A stretch of DNA of 64,000 nt from Trueperaceae bacterium (GCA_965213705.1 OZ243913.1:2624001-2688000), one strand, 5' to 3'; positions 10,490 through 25,026 are shown, numbered from the stretch's first letter. Made by a program: numbers and translations. Notes: generated from the letters alone by a model not told the origin.

Positions 10490-11299
10490 TTACGTTGCCC
10501 CTCCCGCTCGAGCCAGCTCGAGCCGCACGTAAGCTAAAACAGCACTCTCCAACTCTTCCGGATAAGGCGCGTTCAACCGTTCGGCGGCGAGGCGACCGCG
10601 CCGCCGCATGATTTGGGCCAGCTCGAGGTGGGCCTGGACCAGCGAGGCACGTGTCAACTCAGGCAGCGCCAAAACACCCTCCAGCTCCGAACGTTCTTCA
10701 GGCTCGAGAAGTTCGTTGGCACGCTTCTCGCCGACATCGCGCGGGCGGCCCCGCCCGAGGCTGCAGACGTTCACGACCTGCGCGACTTCTTGGCTGAGGC
10801 GCAACGCGGCGGGGATGAGTTCGTCACGTTCGATGCTGGGCAACATGGCGAACAAGCGCCAGAAGTAGCGTATCTCGACGTCCAAGTCTCGTTGCAGCGA
10901 GGCGGGCTCGGGCGGGGTTGGAGAAACCTGCGTGAGTTGACCCCGGTTTAGGAGGACTCGAGTCTTTCCCTTCGTGACCTGCACCTCGTCAGCCGTCTCG
11001 ACAAACAGGTCGAGGGCGACGACTTGCGCGCCGTCGCCTTGCAGCAAACCGACCGTCATCGAGCCGCCGAAGAGTTCGTGATACAGCAGGACGGGCCGGA
11101 GGGTGGCGAGCCACCCTCCAAGTTCCTTACGAAAAGCGTCAGCGTCGTCGGGCGCAAGCCAAACCGTCAAGTCGATGTCGGAATGTCGGTCGGCGTCGCC
11201 GCGGCCGAAGCTGCCTTTGAGCCAAGCCGCCTTTAGGCGGGGGTCTTGCTCGAGGGCTTGCTCGAGCAGGTGGATAATTTTCTCTGCCGGTAAGGACAA
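10490..11299 (-). CDS. Nucleotidyltransferase domain protein (Lnu/AadK-like fold)
   Basis: GSFGRGDADRHSDIDL motif plus helical C-domain; TTG start at 11299 behind GGAGG. Confidence 0.75.
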   Translation of the reverse strand: MSLPAEKIIHLLEQALEQDPRLKAAWLKGSFGRGDADRHSDIDLTVWLAPDDADAFRKELGGWLATLRPVLLYHELFGGSMTVGLLQGDGAQVVALDLFVETADEVQVTKGKTRVLLNRGQLTQVSPTPPEPASLQRDLDVEIRYFWRLFAMLPSIERDELIPAALRLSQEVAQVVNVCSLGRGRPRDVGEKRANELLEPEERSELEGVLALPELTRASLVQAHLELAQIMRRRGRLAAERLNAPYPEELESAVLAYVRLELARAGGAT

Positions 11300-11333
11300 A
11301 ACAACCTCCGTTTCAACTCGAGCCGACCCTCGC

Positions 11334-12203
11334 TCAACGCTTGACCAAAATCCCCGCCCGGATGAGTTCGGCAAAGGCGTGCCGCTCCAACACCTCGTCG
11401 GGCTCGTCGCCGACTTTGAGGAGCGTGTGCCGAAACCCGGCCCGCAGCACCGCGCGTCTCGTGTGGTCGATAAAATCGTGAACCGCCCGGTGGTAGGCGC
11501 GCACCTCCTCGGGGCCGACGAGGAGTTTTTCGCCGGTTTCTAAGTCCTCGAGTTCCAACTGCCCCGGTTCCGGTTCCAAGTCCTCCACGGCCATAATTTG
11601 CAAAAAACCGGCGTCCAAGCCTCTGGCCTTCAAGGCCGCGAGCGCGGGTTGCCAAGACGCTTCGTCGAGCAGGTCCGAAATGATGAGCGCGAGGCCCGCA
11701 CCGGCGGGGAACTGCGTCGTCAGCGCGAAGGTTTTGAGCGCCGTGGCGGGCGGGGTACGGTCCGCGGGCGCTTCACTCGCCGCCTCGATAAAGTTCCAGA
11801 CCTCCCCGACGCGGCCCCGGCCCTGCGTCGGCCGGTTCTGCCGCCCGTCGAACAGGTGTACCTGGCTCACGCTGTCGCGCTGCGCCGCGTAACTTAGGAG
11901 TTGCGCCAGGATGCGGGCGAAACGCGCCTTGTGACCTTTGGACATGCTCCGGCTCGTGTCGAGCACGACGTGCAGCGCGATGTTGCGCTCGGCCTGGTAG
12001 AGCCGCGTGTAGAGCCGCCCGGTACGCCCGTAAACGCGCCAGTCGACGTACCTCAACTCGTCCCCGGCCTGGTAGGGCCGAAAGTCGTGAAACTCGACGC
12101 TTTGCCCGGCCTCGCTCGCCAACCTCTCGCCCGAGCTGCGGCTGAGCGAGCGCGAGGCGAGCGCGTAGCGGTCGAGCAGGGCGCGGGTGCGGGGGGTAAT
12201 CAT
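11334..12203 (-). CDS. DUF58 domain protein
   Basis: GQSVEFHDFRPYQAGDELRYVDW, LDTSRSM; downstream of MoxR. Confidence 0.93.
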   Translation of the reverse strand: MITPRTRALLDRYALASRSLSRSSGERLASEAGQSVEFHDFRPYQAGDELRYVDWRVYGRTGRLYTRLYQAERNIALHVVLDTSRSMSKGHKARFARILAQLLSYAAQRDSVSQVHLFDGRQNRPTQGRGRVGEVWNFIEAASEAPADRTPPATALKTFALTTQFPAGAGLALIISDLLDEASWQPALAALKARGLDAGFLQIMAVEDLEPEPGQLELEDLETGEKLLVGPEEVRAYHRAVHDFIDHTRRAVLRAGFRHTLLKVGDEPDEVLERHAFAELIRAGILVKR

Positions 12204-12245
12204 GGGGCAGGGGAAAGGGAAAAGGAGAAAGGAGAAAGTGAAAAG
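12204..12245. repeat. Heptamer repeat element copy A (purine arm only)
   Basis: ggggcaggggaaa-gggaaaa-ggagaaa-ggagaaa-gtgaaaa-g. Confidence 0.85.
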
Positions 12246-12347
12246 CTTGTTGATTTTATCTCAGGATACTTGCGAGAAGGGTTTTCGCCACGCTCGTGAC
12301 AGCCGACAAAGAACGAACGACGAACGAACGACCTTGCGCCGAGTTTT

Positions 12348-13301
12348 TTACTGCCCGACACTTTTGATGATTTCGCGGATAATCGTGTCCGGGTCGGCCC
12401 CGTCCACCTCGGCTTCAAAACTCAGCAGCAGGCGGTGGCGCAGGGCGGGCAGCGCGGCGCGGCGCACGTCGGCGAGTTCGACGTTCGGGCGGCCCGCGGC
12501 GAGGGCGTAGCCCTTGGCGGCAAGGACGGTAGCTTGCGCCCCACGCGGACTCGCGCCCAAGCGCACCAGGGCGTGCTCGTGAGTCGCCTCGGTCAGGCGC
12601 ACCACGTATTCCAAGGCCCGCGTCGCCATCGGCACGGCGCGGAGCATCCTCTGCAGCTCGAGCATCTCCTCCCGCTTGAAAACGGGCTCGACTTTCATTT
12701 CGCTAGCGCCGGTCGTCGTCACCAGGATGCGCTGCAAGGTTGCCGCGTCGGGGCGGCGGATGAGGATTTTAAAGAGAAAGCGGTCAAGTTGCGCTTCGGG
12801 CAACGGGTAGGTGCCTTCCATCTCGAGCGGGTTTTGGGTCGCTAAGACGACGAACGGTTCGGGTAGCGCGTAACGCGTCCCCGAGGCGGTGACGGCGCGC
12901 TCCTGCATCGCTTCCAACAAGGCCGACTGCGTTTTAGGCGTGGCTCGGTTGACTTCGTCGGCGAGCAGCACGTTGGCGAAAATCGGCCCGCGCTGAAAGT
13001 CGAACCGGGGCGCGCCCGCTTCTTCGACGAGCACGTTCGTCCCGGTCACGTCGGCGGGCATGAGGTCGGGGGTGAACTGGACGCGGCCGAAACTCAGGTC
13101 GGTCGTCTCGGCAAAGGTGCGCACCAGCCGCGTTTTGCCCAGTCCGGGCGCACCCTCGAGCAGCACGTGCCCCTGCGCCAGCGCCGCCACGAGCAGGTCT
13201 TCGACGACCTCTTCCTGACCTAGAATGACCCGGCCTATCGTGTCTTTCAAGGTTTTGAACTTGTCGGTAAAGGCCGTAAAGTTGAGGCTGGTCGTGTCCA
13301 T
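12348..13301 (-). CDS. MoxR family AAA+ ATPase
   Basis: LEGAPGLGKT, FTPDLMPAD, LADEVNRATPKTQSALLE, ATQNPLE. Confidence 0.96.
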   Translation of the reverse strand: MDTTSLNFTAFTDKFKTLKDTIGRVILGQEEVVEDLLVAALAQGHVLLEGAPGLGKTRLVRTFAETTDLSFGRVQFTPDLMPADVTGTNVLVEEAGAPRFDFQRGPIFANVLLADEVNRATPKTQSALLEAMQERAVTASGTRYALPEPFVVLATQNPLEMEGTYPLPEAQLDRFLFKILIRRPDAATLQRILVTTTGASEMKVEPVFKREEMLELQRMLRAVPMATRALEYVVRLTEATHEHALVRLGASPRGAQATVLAAKGYALAAGRPNVELADVRRAALPALRHRLLLSFEAEVDGADPDTIIREIIKSVGQ

Positions 13302-13388
13302 CGGCTCCCCTTGCTGTCAGGTTGAATGGGTGAGAGTGATTCTTTACTTCAGCCTAACACTCTTCGGGTTTTTGAATTCAATCAACCA

Positions 13389-13727
13389 TCAGTTGAAGCA
13401 GGTGGAACGACTTCGACACTGAAAGTGTCTTTCCGACTGAAGTCGGCTCAAGGGAGGCTCGAGGAAGCTGAAACAAGACTCGAAGTCGTCTACCCCCTTG
13501 AAGCTGTCCTCCGCAGTATGCCCTTCGATGTAGGCCGCTATCATCTCTGTACTGACGTTCCCGGTGTTACAGGCAAAGTACCCTCTCGCCCACATCCTTT
13601 GCCCTCAGTAGGTTTTGTGCAAGCTCGTAAACTCCCGCTGCAACTTATAACGAACTCTTGCCTTTCAACCTCTGATACCTCTGCTAAAGCGGACGCAGCC
13701 GGCTTCGCTGGTGCCAGTGCCAACTGA
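13389..13727 (-). mobile_element. tnpA: Decayed IS200/IS605-family element with tnpA fragment
   Basis: LKGKSS/(+1 frameshift)YKLQREFTSLHKTY*GQRMWARGYFACNTGNVSTEMIAAYIEGH; TGA at 13605-13607; HUH N-terminus missing; hairpins gacactgaaagtgtc and ccgactgaagtcgg at the distal end. Confidence 0.85.
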
Positions 13728-13835
13728 AATTAGGGGTTTATACCCTCCCACGTTGGGACAATTAAAAGCTCTCTGGTGCCTGTCTCCACTTACGTCTAGC
13801 ACGCAGTTTTTAACAAGTAGCAACCGACATTATTT

Positions 13836-14087
13836 TTAACTACCCAACGGTAAAACCTCTATATACCAGACCTCGTCATAGTAAAAAACCTCGTTCGCAT
13901 AACCTCCCTTGTCGGTGAGGTCGACCCCTTGCAGAAAACTTTCAACCCCGCTGTACGCCAAAAAAGGACCGACCACACCTGCGCCCTGGGCGTCCCAGGC
14001 GTTCGGCGCGATGACAAAGGCGCTTAGTAAAAACTTAGGCGCGGCGCGGTCTTCGTCTCTTTGGGCGGGCGTCAGCTTGCGCTTCAC
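13836..14087 (-). CDS. Small hypothetical protein (83 aa) coupled to the GT4 gene
   Basis: GTG start overlaps the upstream TGA (GTGA); MKRKLTPAQR...YYDEVWYIEVLPLGS. Confidence 0.5.
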   Translation of the reverse strand: MKRKLTPAQRDEDRAAPKFLLSAFVIAPNAWDAQGAGVVGPFLAYSGVESFLQGVDLTDKGGYANEVFYYDEVWYIEVLPLGS

Positions 14088-15181
14088 AGCGTTACCCCTT
14101 TGTAGGTCAGGTAACCTCGGCGCAGCCCTGTCCGTTTGGAGGCACGCCGCACGTAGGCCTCCCCACGTGCCAGCTCTTCCCAGCGCTGCGCGACCCTGGA
14201 CAGGCGAAACTGAGGGTTGACCCCCACCTTCGGGCGGCCCTCGGTGTACCAGCCGAGCAGCCGCGCCTTGACCGCCTCGGGATTGTCGGCGTTGACAAGC
14301 TGTCGGGCGTCGCCCAGCACTTCGGGGGCCGCGCCCGCGGCGTGGGTCAGCACGGGCGTACCGAGCGCGTTGGCCTCGGCGAACACCAGTCCGAAGGTCT
14401 CTTTGAAACTCGACTGTGGGTAAAACACGCAAAACGCCGTACGGACCTGCGCGAGAACCTCACGGTGCGACAGCGGTCCCAACACTTCGACACCGTCTGT
14501 AGATATGCCGGGCTCGAGCGCGATATAGCCGGGGTTGGCAATGTAAAGCTTCACACTCGGTCGGGCACGGCGTAGGTGTTCGAAGGTTTGCAGTACCTGC
14601 GTTAGCCCTTTGTGGGGCGAGCTGAAGAAAACGAGCTTGTCCGGGTCGTAGTCGCCGCCAGGCGCTAGGTCGTCGCCGACGGGATTGTACACGTGCGTGA
14701 CCTTCGGAAAGCGCTCCGGCGTCGTCACCGTCGGCTTAGCTTCGTAAGAACGCAGGAACTCGCGCAGGCACGCCTCGTGCGTTTTGGACACGGTTACCAG
14801 GGTGCAGTCGTGCTCGAGCGCTAAAGCGCTCAACCGCTTACGGTTTTTACCCGGAAAGCAGTGCGACCACAAAAACAGCCGCGCCGCGCCGTAGCGGCTG
14901 CGTACCTCTTTCAAGATTTTGAACGAGTTGATAACCAGTACCGCGTCCGGCTTGTCCGTGTAGAGAACGCCCTTAAACACATAAGGAACGTAACGCACGC
15001 CCGCAGGGTCCGTGTAAAAGACCTCGCGCCCCTTTTGCGCGACGGTGACGCCGTGACCCCGCGTCGCCAGTGCGCCCGCCACGCGCACCACGGTCGCTTC
15101 GGTGCCACCTAAAGCCTCACTCGAGAGGGTCCGGTCACAGTAGGGCTTGGGGCAGTTCGCGTCTATAACGAGCAGGTTCAC
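14084..15181 (-). CDS. Glycosyltransferase family 4
   Basis: ALGGTEAT, SSPHKGL, ETFGLVFAEANALGTPV. Confidence 0.9.
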   Translation of the reverse strand: MNLLVIDANCPKPYCDRTLSSEALGGTEATVVRVAGALATRGHGVTVAQKGREVFYTDPAGVRYVPYVFKGVLYTDKPDAVLVINSFKILKEVRSRYGAARLFLWSHCFPGKNRKRLSALALEHDCTLVTVSKTHEACLREFLRSYEAKPTVTTPERFPKVTHVYNPVGDDLAPGGDYDPDKLVFFSSPHKGLTQVLQTFEHLRRARPSVKLYIANPGYIALEPGISTDGVEVLGPLSHREVLAQVRTAFCVFYPQSSFKETFGLVFAEANALGTPVLTHAAGAAPEVLGDARQLVNADNPEAVKARLLGWYTEGRPKVGVNPQFRLSRVAQRWEELARGEAYVRRASKRTGLRRGYLTYKGVTL

Positions 15182-16161
15182 CGCGCTACCCCGGCTACTT
15201 CCGGCACACCTGTGAGCGCCTCGCGCGTCCCGCGCGTGTGGGGCACCCGCTCGTTAAAGGTGAGCAGGTCGGGATTGCTGACGTAAGAGAGGTTTACGCC
15301 ACTCAGGTCTATCTCGGCACGCAGCTCGCGCCGCAGCTCGGGGCGACCGAAGTTTTTTAGGATAGTACGGGTGCGGCTGCGCACCTCGTTACGGTCGCGC
15401 ACCCGCTTGTCGCCCCGGTAGCCGGTCACCTCGTCCACCGTGAGCGAGGCGGGCATCTCTATCTTGGTTAAAAGAGGTTGCTCTAAGTAATAGTACAAAA
15501 AGCCGCAGCCGAGCGTCCGGTTGCGCAGCTCGCGGTCCTCCTCGACCGAGTCTAAGTAGCCGCCCACCTCCTCGAACACGCGCTTGCGGAACAGCCCTGA
15601 GTTGATGAGTATCCAGTCGCCCTCGGTCTTGGAAGGAAACTGTAGCGTCGGGAAAAAGTCGTCTATCAGAGACAAACACTTTGCCATCCGGTGGACGCTG
15701 CCGTTCAGCTTGATCATGTCGTGGGCACCGACCACAATGTCGATGTCCATCTCTTGCCCGTCCCGGTAGCCCATAAGCGGCCAGTCGAGGATGGGGTCGG
15801 CGACGTGTCCGGGCTGCGCCAAGGCTCGAGCCTGCATAAGCACCTTGTTCACGTCGGGCAGGTCGTCGGAGTCGTGGAAGGTGATGGCGTCGTAGTCGGA
15901 CAATAAGATGGAAACGTTTTTCGCGTTGGCGGTCCCGACGTTGCGGCTCAGCTTTAAGTAACAAAAGTTCGGGTGACTAAAGTAACGCTCGACCACCTGC
16001 CGGGTTTCGTCCGTAGAGCCGTCGTCCACCACCGTCACGCTCACGTTGTGGTAACTTTGACCAAGCGCCCCGTCGATAGCTTTCCTCAGGCAAAACGCGC
16101 GGTTGTACGTCGGAATGGTGATGTTGACTTTTAGGTCCTGTAAATCCTGAACGGTCGTCAC
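15178..16161 (-). CDS. Glycosyltransferase family 2 (soluble)
   Basis: IPTYNRA, VVDDGSTD, FHDSDD, EEDRE. Confidence 0.9.
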   Translation of the reverse strand: MTTVQDLQDLKVNITIPTYNRAFCLRKAIDGALGQSYHNVSVTVVDDGSTDETRQVVERYFSHPNFCYLKLSRNVGTANAKNVSILLSDYDAITFHDSDDLPDVNKVLMQARALAQPGHVADPILDWPLMGYRDGQEMDIDIVVGAHDMIKLNGSVHRMAKCLSLIDDFFPTLQFPSKTEGDWILINSGLFRKRVFEEVGGYLDSVEEDRELRNRTLGCGFLYYYLEQPLLTKIEMPASLTVDEVTGYRGDKRVRDRNEVRSRTRTILKNFGRPELRRELRAEIDLSGVNLSYVSNPDLLTFNERVPHTRGTREALTGVPEVAGVAR

Positions 16162-17727
16162 TGCTTACCCCCCACTTCTCCCCACTTTCTTGCCAAGGCG
16201 TCGTACAAAGGTACCGAAGCCAAGTAAGTTTGCCGTACCTGCCCCTGTAAGACGAGGCCGCCCAAAGGCACGAGTGCGGTGGCGAACATCAGCAGGGCAC
16301 TGCGCCCTAAGTCCCCGACCCACAGACCTACCCCCAGCAGACCAAGAGCGACCGAGAGCAAAACTGGGCTGGTCGCCTTCTGCGACGCTCTAGCAAACAA
16401 AAACTTGTCGGTGCGCTCAAACCCCAGGGGGCGACCCAGCAGACAAGCGACCCAGGCGTAAGCCCCCTCCCAGGCGAGCCCCAGGTGGCTGCCGTAAGCG
16501 ACTAAGGTACGCCTCAGCGGAGCGCCGGACCCGCGCCACAGCCTGAAAAAGATTAGCTTGGTGACTAGGTAGGTCCAAAGCGTCAGCAGGCTCAAGGCAA
16601 GCAGTACGCCGTAGACGGGCTCGGGCCGCGAGCCGAGCAGGTAGAGCAAACCCACCGGGACTAAACTCACGAGCGGCAACAAGGTGAAGTTGAACCAAGC
16701 CGTGAGCAGTACCAAAACTCCCAGCTTTTGCCCAGTACCAAGCGCCCGCTTGTCCATGCGCAAAAAATGCAGGAGGGTCTGAGCGTTGCCGAACACCCAG
16801 CGCCGCCGCTGCTTTTTGAGCGCCCTCAAGTCTGTCGGCATTAAACCGCGTCCGAGGGGCAGGTTAAGGTACACCCCCCGGTAGCCCGCCCCCAGCAGCT
16901 TGAGCCCCAGCTCGACGTCTTCGGTGATGGACGCGCCGTGCCAGCCGCCGACCTCGCGCAGCGCGTCGGCGCGAATCACGCTCACGGTGCCGGTCGAGAG
17001 CACGCTGCCCAGTCGGTTCGCCATGTTCATGTATCACGTCGAAAAAGTGAGCGTACTCGTCGCGCAGCCCGCCGTTACGCTCGCTCACGTTGGTGTACGC
17101 CTGGGGGAACTGGACCAGGGCAATTTCGGGACTCGTGAAGTGACCGAGGGCAGTCTTTAGCAGGCTCGAGTCTACGCAGTAGTCCGCGTCCAGCACCAGG
17201 ACGTACTCGGTCTCGGGGCTGGCAAGCTCGAGGCAGATGTCGAGCGCGCCCGCCTTGAAACCCGTTACGTTGTCGACATGCCGGAAGCGAAAGGGGCTAC
17301 CGAAATCATTACAAAAAGCCTCGACCGGACGCCACCGCGCCGGGTCTGCCGTGTTGTTGTCCAAAACGATGACTTCGTAATGTTCATAGTCGAGGTCGGT
17401 CAGGGAACTCAGGGTCTGCCGCACGACGTTGGGGGGCTCGTTGTGGATGGGGACGTGAACAGAAACGAAAGGTTCCTTTGTGGTACGCCGCCGCTCCACC
17501 CCGTGAGCGGGTAGGCGCGCCGCAACCAGTTGCCCCGCCGCCAGCAAAAGCGCGAACAGGAAGTTGACGATTAGGAGCGTCAGCGCTGCCCACGGCGCTA
17601 ACCACAAACACAGCACCCAAAGGGCCGCCGCCAGGGTCCAGCAGTGGTTACGGTAAAGCAAAACGACCTTACGCCGTAAAAAAGAAACGTTTTGAACTCG
17701 AGCTTCAACGTCAGTGTGGCTTTTCAC
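16158..17727 (-). pseudogene. Processive membrane GT2 (NdvB/CesA-like) split by a +1 frameshift at ~17034
   Basis: Frame 1: HVPIHNEPP, DNNT, GFKAGAL, DADY, QFPQ; frame 2: ITEDVELG, QRRRW, TM helices; removing base 17034 gives continuous FFDVYMNMANR. Confidence 0.85.
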
Positions 17728-17991
17728 GGTTGGCCCCCCCCGAAACCATACAAGTTACCTGTCTTTTCGTTGGTACAAGCGTAGCAACTTCAAGTTGTTA
17801 CGAAAGTAGGTTGACGTTACTATGGCTCAAAATTTGAGGTGGCATGATGGGTTAAGCAAGGTAAGGACTGGGGGGACCATGTTCTATCACGACGGCAAGT
17901 TGCAACACACGATTCGCACAGACATACCCAACTCAACCTCCGTTAAAGCTGTTTTGCGAAGAGACGACGGCGAAGGGGCTCGAGGGCTAAC

Positions 17992-18516
17992 ATGAACCCG
18001 AGCCAACTCAGCCGTGAACTCCGCAACGCCAAAACCCCCGACCTGCAACGCCGCCGCTGGATCGTCGGCTTGAACCTGCTGGGTGCAGCGATGGGACAGG
18101 TCGTTTCTCTTTATCAAACGGGCATCGTCCCGCGCCTGCCCGACCCGCCCGGTGACCTGTTCGACGCCACCAAAGTAGACGCCTCAGACTACGCCTACAA
18201 GCGTTACAACACGCCTGACGGTCTTATCATGGTGTCAACTTACGCTGCTACCGCCTGGCTCGCCGGGGCGGGGGGTAAAAACCGTGCTGAGGAGACGCCG
18301 CTTTTACCTCTCGCAATGGGTGCCAAGCTTCTTTACGACGTGGGCACGACCGTGCAGTTGGCACGAGAGGAGTGGCAGGCGAACAAAGCGCTGTGCCAGT
18401 ACTGCCAGGTCGCCACGGCTGCCACACTGGCTTCGGCGGCGCTGGCGGTGCCGGAAGTCCTGCACGCCGTGAACACCTTACGCGACGCTCCTCACCGTCA
18501 GAAGAAAGAGGCGTGA
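17992..18516 (+). CDS. Vitamin K epoxide reductase (VKOR)-family membrane protein
   Basis: PDG motif, LCQYC (CxxC), hydrophobic helices. Confidence 0.8.
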   Translation: MNPSQLSRELRNAKTPDLQRRRWIVGLNLLGAAMGQVVSLYQTGIVPRLPDPPGDLFDATKVDASDYAYKRYNTPDGLIMVSTYAATAWLAGAGGKNRAEETPLLPLAMGAKLLYDVGTTVQLAREEWQANKALCQYCQVATAATLASAALAVPEVLHAVNTLRDAPHRQKKEA

Positions 18517-18583
18517 ACGGTCCCAACACGGTCAAGTCAAATTTGGAGGCGGAGCAAAAAATCAATTGAATATCAACTTGTTG

Positions 18584-18612
18584 CGCCGATACGTGCTCTA
18601 CACGTATCGGCG
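18584..18612. promoter_or_regulatory. Perfect 12-bp inverted repeat, probable TA operator
   Basis: cgccgatacgtg-ctcta-cacgtatcggcg, ending 2 nt before the antitoxin ATG. Confidence 0.65.
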
Positions 18613-18614
18613 AC

Positions 18615-18848
18615 ATGATGCGCAAGAAACTGACCCTCACGGTAGATGCACAAGTCTATGAAGGGCTGCACACCGTCATTGGTCGGCGTAACATCAGCCG
18701 GTTTATCAGCGCCCTGGTTCGTCCTTACGTGTTGAAACCGGAGTTAGAAGCGGCTTACAGGCAAATGGTGGCTGACGAGTCGCGCGAGGCAGAAGCGTTG
18801 AAATGGGCGGAAGCCACGCTAAGAGCCGTACAAGATGAAACGCGGTGA
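18615..18848 (+). CDS. Antitoxin (MazE-like addiction module antidote)
   Basis: KKLTLTVD..VYEGL...IGRRNIS, ELEAAYRQM.ADE.RE.EA..W.E; overlaps the mazF start. Confidence 0.85.
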   Translation: MMRKKLTLTVDAQVYEGLHTVIGRRNISRFISALVRPYVLKPELEAAYRQMVADESREAEALKWAEATLRAVQDETR

Positions 18849-19157
18849 AGTTTGGTAGGTCGACTTCGAGCCGTCGTTAGGCGGCGAGATACGCAAGCAG
18901 CGGCCCGCCGGCATCGTCAGCAACGACGCTTCCAACAAGCACCTCAACCGTGTTCAGATGGTGCTCATCACCAGCAACGTAGACCGGCTCCATCCCAGTG
19001 AGGCTTACGTCACGCTCAACGGCGACTCGCGAAAAGCTGTGGCCGACCAGCTCACGACGGCCAGCAAAACACGGCTAAAAACCAGCTCGGTAGCTTGTCG
19101 GTAGAGGATGTGAAGAAAGTAGAGCACGCTATAAGGGTACAACTCAGCTTGCTGTAA
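18835..19157 (+). pseudogene. mazF: MazF/PemK toxin pseudogene
   Basis: MKRGEVW*VDFEPSLGGEIRKQRPAGIVSND...; TAG at 18856-18858 and a -1 frameshift in the A-run at ~19077-19081. Confidence 0.9.
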
Positions 19158-19245
19158 CATCACACGCCGTCAGAACACCAATTATCTTATCAAGCGGAAC
19201 GGGACAACGATTGTTAAACTTGTAGGGTTTTGAGGCTCGAGATGG

Positions 19246-19533
19246 ATGAACTGGGAAATATTACTCGAAAAGGTAGCTGACCAACATACCTTTTTGATTT
19301 TTGTCAAAGCGCTGATAAAGGACAAGGCGAAAGAAGAAACCTTTTCAGCGACTTCTTCTAGCAACCCCTATGGGTCAGGTGCTCAGGGGTGGGAGAACAA
19401 CACTATTGCAAGTTATTTGGAATCCTGTGTGGCATGGACTGAAGACTCGCTTGGCAGAAAAAGAGAATTGTCAGAACCTCCATCTTGGAGATTATTTGCG
19501 GAGTTTCTCTATGCGGGCAAGTATTACGAGTAG
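19246..19533 (+). CDS. Small hypothetical (immunity-like) protein, low GC
   Basis: WENNTIASYLE...W...PSWRLFAEFLYAGKYYE pattern. Confidence 0.7.
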   Translation: MNWEILLEKVADQHTFLIFVKALIKDKAKEETFSATSSSNPYGSGAQGWENNTIASYLESCVAWTEDSLGRKRELSEPPSWRLFAEFLYAGKYYE

Positions 19534-19616
19534 TCGAGTTATAATTAAACGCTCAAATGCAAGGAACCGACTCTTTTTCCCGCCCAAAGCTGCTAAAGTC
19601 GGCTTGTGATGGAGTC

Positions 19617-20213
19617 ATGCTAGGGCGGCGGCCGACGGGGGTAGAACTCGAGTTCGGACGGGTGCGCCTGCAACCCCTCGCGGACTTGGACAAAGGGGCG
19701 TGGCAGCGCATCCACGCGCACTTCCGCGACCCCGAAATCGCTTACTTAAACGGCACGCCGCCCAACCGGATGCCCCTGTGGCTCCTTAAGCGGGTGCTCC
19801 GCGCCGACAGTCGGCGGGCCGACCGCGAAACCTTCGGCATCTTCGACGAACAGGGCGGCTATATCGGCACGGTGGAACTGTACGACATCCGTTACAGCTC
19901 GGCGACGCTCGGAATTATCATCGGCGAGAAAACGCACTGGGGGCGGGGTTACGGTCCCGAGGCGATTTCGGCGCTGCTCGAGTACGCTTTCAACACCTTG
20001 AGTTTGGACGAGGTGCGCCTTAACACCTTCGGCGACAACCTGCGCGCGCAGGCCGCGTTCAAAAAAATCGGCTTCGAGGAACAGCGCCGCGTCAGCGCGG
20101 GCAACGGCCGCACCGACGTGCAAATGACGCTTTATAAAAACGCTTGGGCGGAGCGGCGGCGAGGGGCGAGGGGGCTCGAGGCCCCGCCGCGGTACTCGCA
20201 AGCCGGGTCTTGA
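19617..20213 (+). CDS. GNAT N-acetyltransferase (RimJ/RimL-like)
   Basis: WGRGYGPEA, N.RA...FKKIGF; start placed at ATG 19617. Confidence 0.88.
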   Translation: MLGRRPTGVELEFGRVRLQPLADLDKGAWQRIHAHFRDPEIAYLNGTPPNRMPLWLLKRVLRADSRRADRETFGIFDEQGGYIGTVELYDIRYSSATLGIIIGEKTHWGRGYGPEAISALLEYAFNTLSLDEVRLNTFGDNLRAQAAFKKIGFEEQRRVSAGNGRTDVQMTLYKNAWAERRRGARGLEAPPRYSQAGS

Positions 20214-20294
20214 AAAAGGAGAAAGCGATGAGGAGAAAGTGGAAAGATAAAAACTGAAGCCACTTTCTCCTTTTTCCTTTCCACTTTCTCCTGC
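20213..20294. repeat. Heptamer inverted-repeat element copy B
   Basis: aggagaaagtggaaag ... ctttccactttctcct (16-bp perfect IR) between convergent GNAT and gltB. Confidence 0.9.
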
Positions 20295-20295
20295 T

Positions 20296-24951
<4,656 letters not shown>

Positions 24952-25026
24952 TGGACCTCTTTAAACTTGCAGCGCGGCGCATGTTGTTAATGGATAAGGT
25001 CCCTTTGGCTAGGTGACCGGAAAAGC

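Noticed and set aside
18856..19081. Programmed read-through or frameshifting of mazF
   Set aside because: Two independent lesions would both need recoding; decay is simpler.
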